Assembly: GCA_017992255.1 (NCBI GenBank)
Contig: JAGOPB010000002.1
Span: forward strand, 1-47,001
DNA: 47,001 nucleotides
Source: Minisyncoccota bacterium
GTDB taxonomy: Bacteria > Patescibacteriota > Minisyncoccia > Phycocordibacterales > UBA9973
Reading direction: 5' to 3'
The translations under genes and the position numbers were made by a program. Below, one piece after another: positions 45,423 through 47,001 of this stretch. Position 1 is the first letter of the stretch, and the number at the start of each line of letters is the position of its first letter. The notes beneath the pieces are model-generated. The model worked only from the letters and a program-made list of their open reading frames with translations. It did no database searches and was not told the origin of the DNA.

Positions 45423-46784
45423 TTATTTCATTTTACTTCCCCAAGTCGCAAGTATACTGCGTTCTCCTTGTTCTAGTATAACAACACTAGAAAAGGTATT
45501 TGGTTCAGAAACTATATTTTTTGTTATATAACTCAAACCATTGTTTTCGATACTTAAATACGGAGTATCGATTTGGTGTATGTCACCAGTAAATACTATC
45601 TTTGTATTTTCTCCTGCTCGAGTTATTATCGTTTTTGCTTCCAACGAAGTCAAATTTTGAGCTTCATCAACTATAAAAAAGACATTGCTGATACTCCTTC
45701 CGCGGATGTATGCAAGTGGTTGAATGAGAAGTTTTTCATTATCAACCATGTGGTCAATTTTCTTGAGTTCGCTAGCGCCATTTTTTTGGTTAGCTAGCGT
45801 ACTTTTGATCAGTTTTAGATTATCCCAAAGAGGCTCCATATATGGATTCAATTTGGATTTTATATCACCTGGAAGATATCCAATATCCTTGTTGTTCAAG
45901 GGTATTATTGGCCGAGAAAGAAAAATCTGCTCGTATAGTCTTTTTTGTTCCAAGGCACATGCCAAAGGTAACAGTGTTTTACCAGTGCCACTGGCTCCTA
46001 GTAAAACAACTAATTTTATTTCAGGATCTAATAGGACATGAATTGCCATTTTTTGTTCGATACTTCTAGATTTTATATTAGATGGTGTATGCTCTGAAAT
46101 TTTGCGAAATGTGTCACTTTCATGGTGATATATCGCTTCAATTTTCCTATTTGTTTTGCCTAATATAAAAAACGTATTCGGCAGTGGTTTCTTATTTGGC
46201 GTTATCTCACCAGACGCCACCTGCTTGTGCTCATTCATTTGTTGGACAACTTTATCAGAAATACTTTCTTTTTTTTCAATAAATGAATTTTTTTGTAACG
46301 TTGTTTTAACATTAATTATTTCTTTATTGCCGTTTGTAGTATTAACACCCATAAATTTTGCTTTTAACTGCAAATTTATATCATACGTAAGTAAAACCAC
46401 ACGTGCATCAGGAAATTGTCTCTTTGCATCAATTGCTGACCATAAAATTCGGTCATCATTTAATGTCGGATCAATTTCAATCGGGACATTTACTCTTGAA
46501 TTAAATTCAGCAATCATGATGCGTCCTTTATAGCCTTTCATGATACTGTACCATGTATCATGAAGTGCTCCATTTGGAAAAATTTCATCGTTGAGCCATC
46601 TTTGAAAACTTCTTGCCTCAACATTTATTTCATCATCCCCTTTTTTAAAATTTCCCATTTCAGTAATTACTGTATATGGGATAATATTTAAATGGTCACC
46701 GTGCTTTAGAATCGCAAGATGGTCCTGAAGAAAGAAACTTGTGTCATACACGAAAATTTTCTTTTCTTTTTTATTTTTTTGCAT
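45423..46784 (-). CDS. PIN-domain plus PhoH-like ATPase fusion (PhoH2/YlaK type)
   Basis: N-terminal PIN (VYDTSFFL...NDDRIL...LLTYDINLQLKA), Walker A GASGTGKT, Walker B FFIVDEAQN. Confidence 0.88.
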   Translation of the reverse strand: MQKNKKEKKIFVYDTSFFLQDHLAILKHGDHLNIIPYTVITEMGNFKKGDDEINVEARSFQRWLNDEIFPNGALHDTWYSIMKGYKGRIMIAEFNSRVNVPIEIDPTLNDDRILWSAIDAKRQFPDARVVLLTYDINLQLKAKFMGVNTTNGNKEIINVKTTLQKNSFIEKKESISDKVVQQMNEHKQVASGEITPNKKPLPNTFFILGKTNRKIEAIYHHESDTFRKISEHTPSNIKSRSIEQKMAIHVLLDPEIKLVVLLGASGTGKTLLPLACALEQKRLYEQIFLSRPIIPLNNKDIGYLPGDIKSKLNPYMEPLWDNLKLIKSTLANQKNGASELKKIDHMVDNEKLLIQPLAYIRGRSISNVFFIVDEAQNLTSLEAKTIITRAGENTKIVFTGDIHQIDTPYLSIENNGLSYITKNIVSEPNTFSSVVILEQGERSILATWGSKMK

Positions 46785-46861
46785 TTTACATATTTTAATG
46801 AGTTAAATTATCTAGATAAATATACCCTAATTATATTATATGTCAAATTTATAACTAACAA

Positions 46862-46883
46862 AATAAACACTCATATGAGTGTT
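46862..46883 (-). terminator. Palindrome AACACTCAT|ATGAGTGTT, terminator-like, upstream of the PIN-PhoH gene
   Basis: 46866-46883 is a perfect 18-nt palindrome, followed in minus-strand sense by TTATTTT. It would terminate a gene lying beyond the right edge. Confidence 0.4.
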
Positions 46884-47001
46884 CATTTTGTGTAATGAGC
46901 TATATTACGTTGTCTTTTATTTAGTGTTAAACCAATACATACTGTTAACAAATCTATTTGAACAATAGATTTTGTCCTTTTATCTACTATAGGTAATAGT
47001 T

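Overview
This window is an AT-rich, tightly packed and almost entirely housekeeping chromosome segment, read in the standard genetic code; TGA is used as a stop at trpS and at the four-helix-bundle gene. About 55 protein genes are supported. They include seven ribosomal protein genes (L27, L31, L25, L21, L9), four aminoacyl-tRNA synthetases (gltX, aspS, trpS, cysS), a partial cell-wall cluster (mraY-ftsW-murG), scpAB, dnaB, recR, dnaJ, prfA, metK, nth and a complete F-type ATP synthase operon. There is one tRNA-Ile(GAU), and two riboswitches I recognise by eye: a T-box before aspS and a SAM-I before metK. Several Rho-independent terminators are also visible. Many proteins are shortened versions of their families (RF1 323 aa, MetK about 312 aa, AspRS without the large insertion, delta subunit 134 aa). 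Together with the membrane-anchored cell-wall hydrolases and a 23S-IVS-type four-helix-bundle protein, this suggests a reduced-genome, Patescibacteria/CPR-like bacterium; that placement is inference only. I found no CRISPR array, transposase, integrase, prophage, rRNA or recognisable defence system. The most unusual items are listed below.
- The atp operon carries three extra ORFs. It also carries a 26-nt motif family, one pair of which brackets the four-helix-bundle gene as an inverted repeat.
- A tightly coupled dnaJ-eamA-Cys-rich-unknown-histidine kinase gene string has no response regulator.
- Two paralogous coiled-coil modules are fused to different peptidoglycan hydrolase domains.
- A TauE-family gene is split at an A8 homopolymer.
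None of these is proven to be a new system. All coordinates of non-ORF elements were counted by hand and may be off by 1-2 nt.
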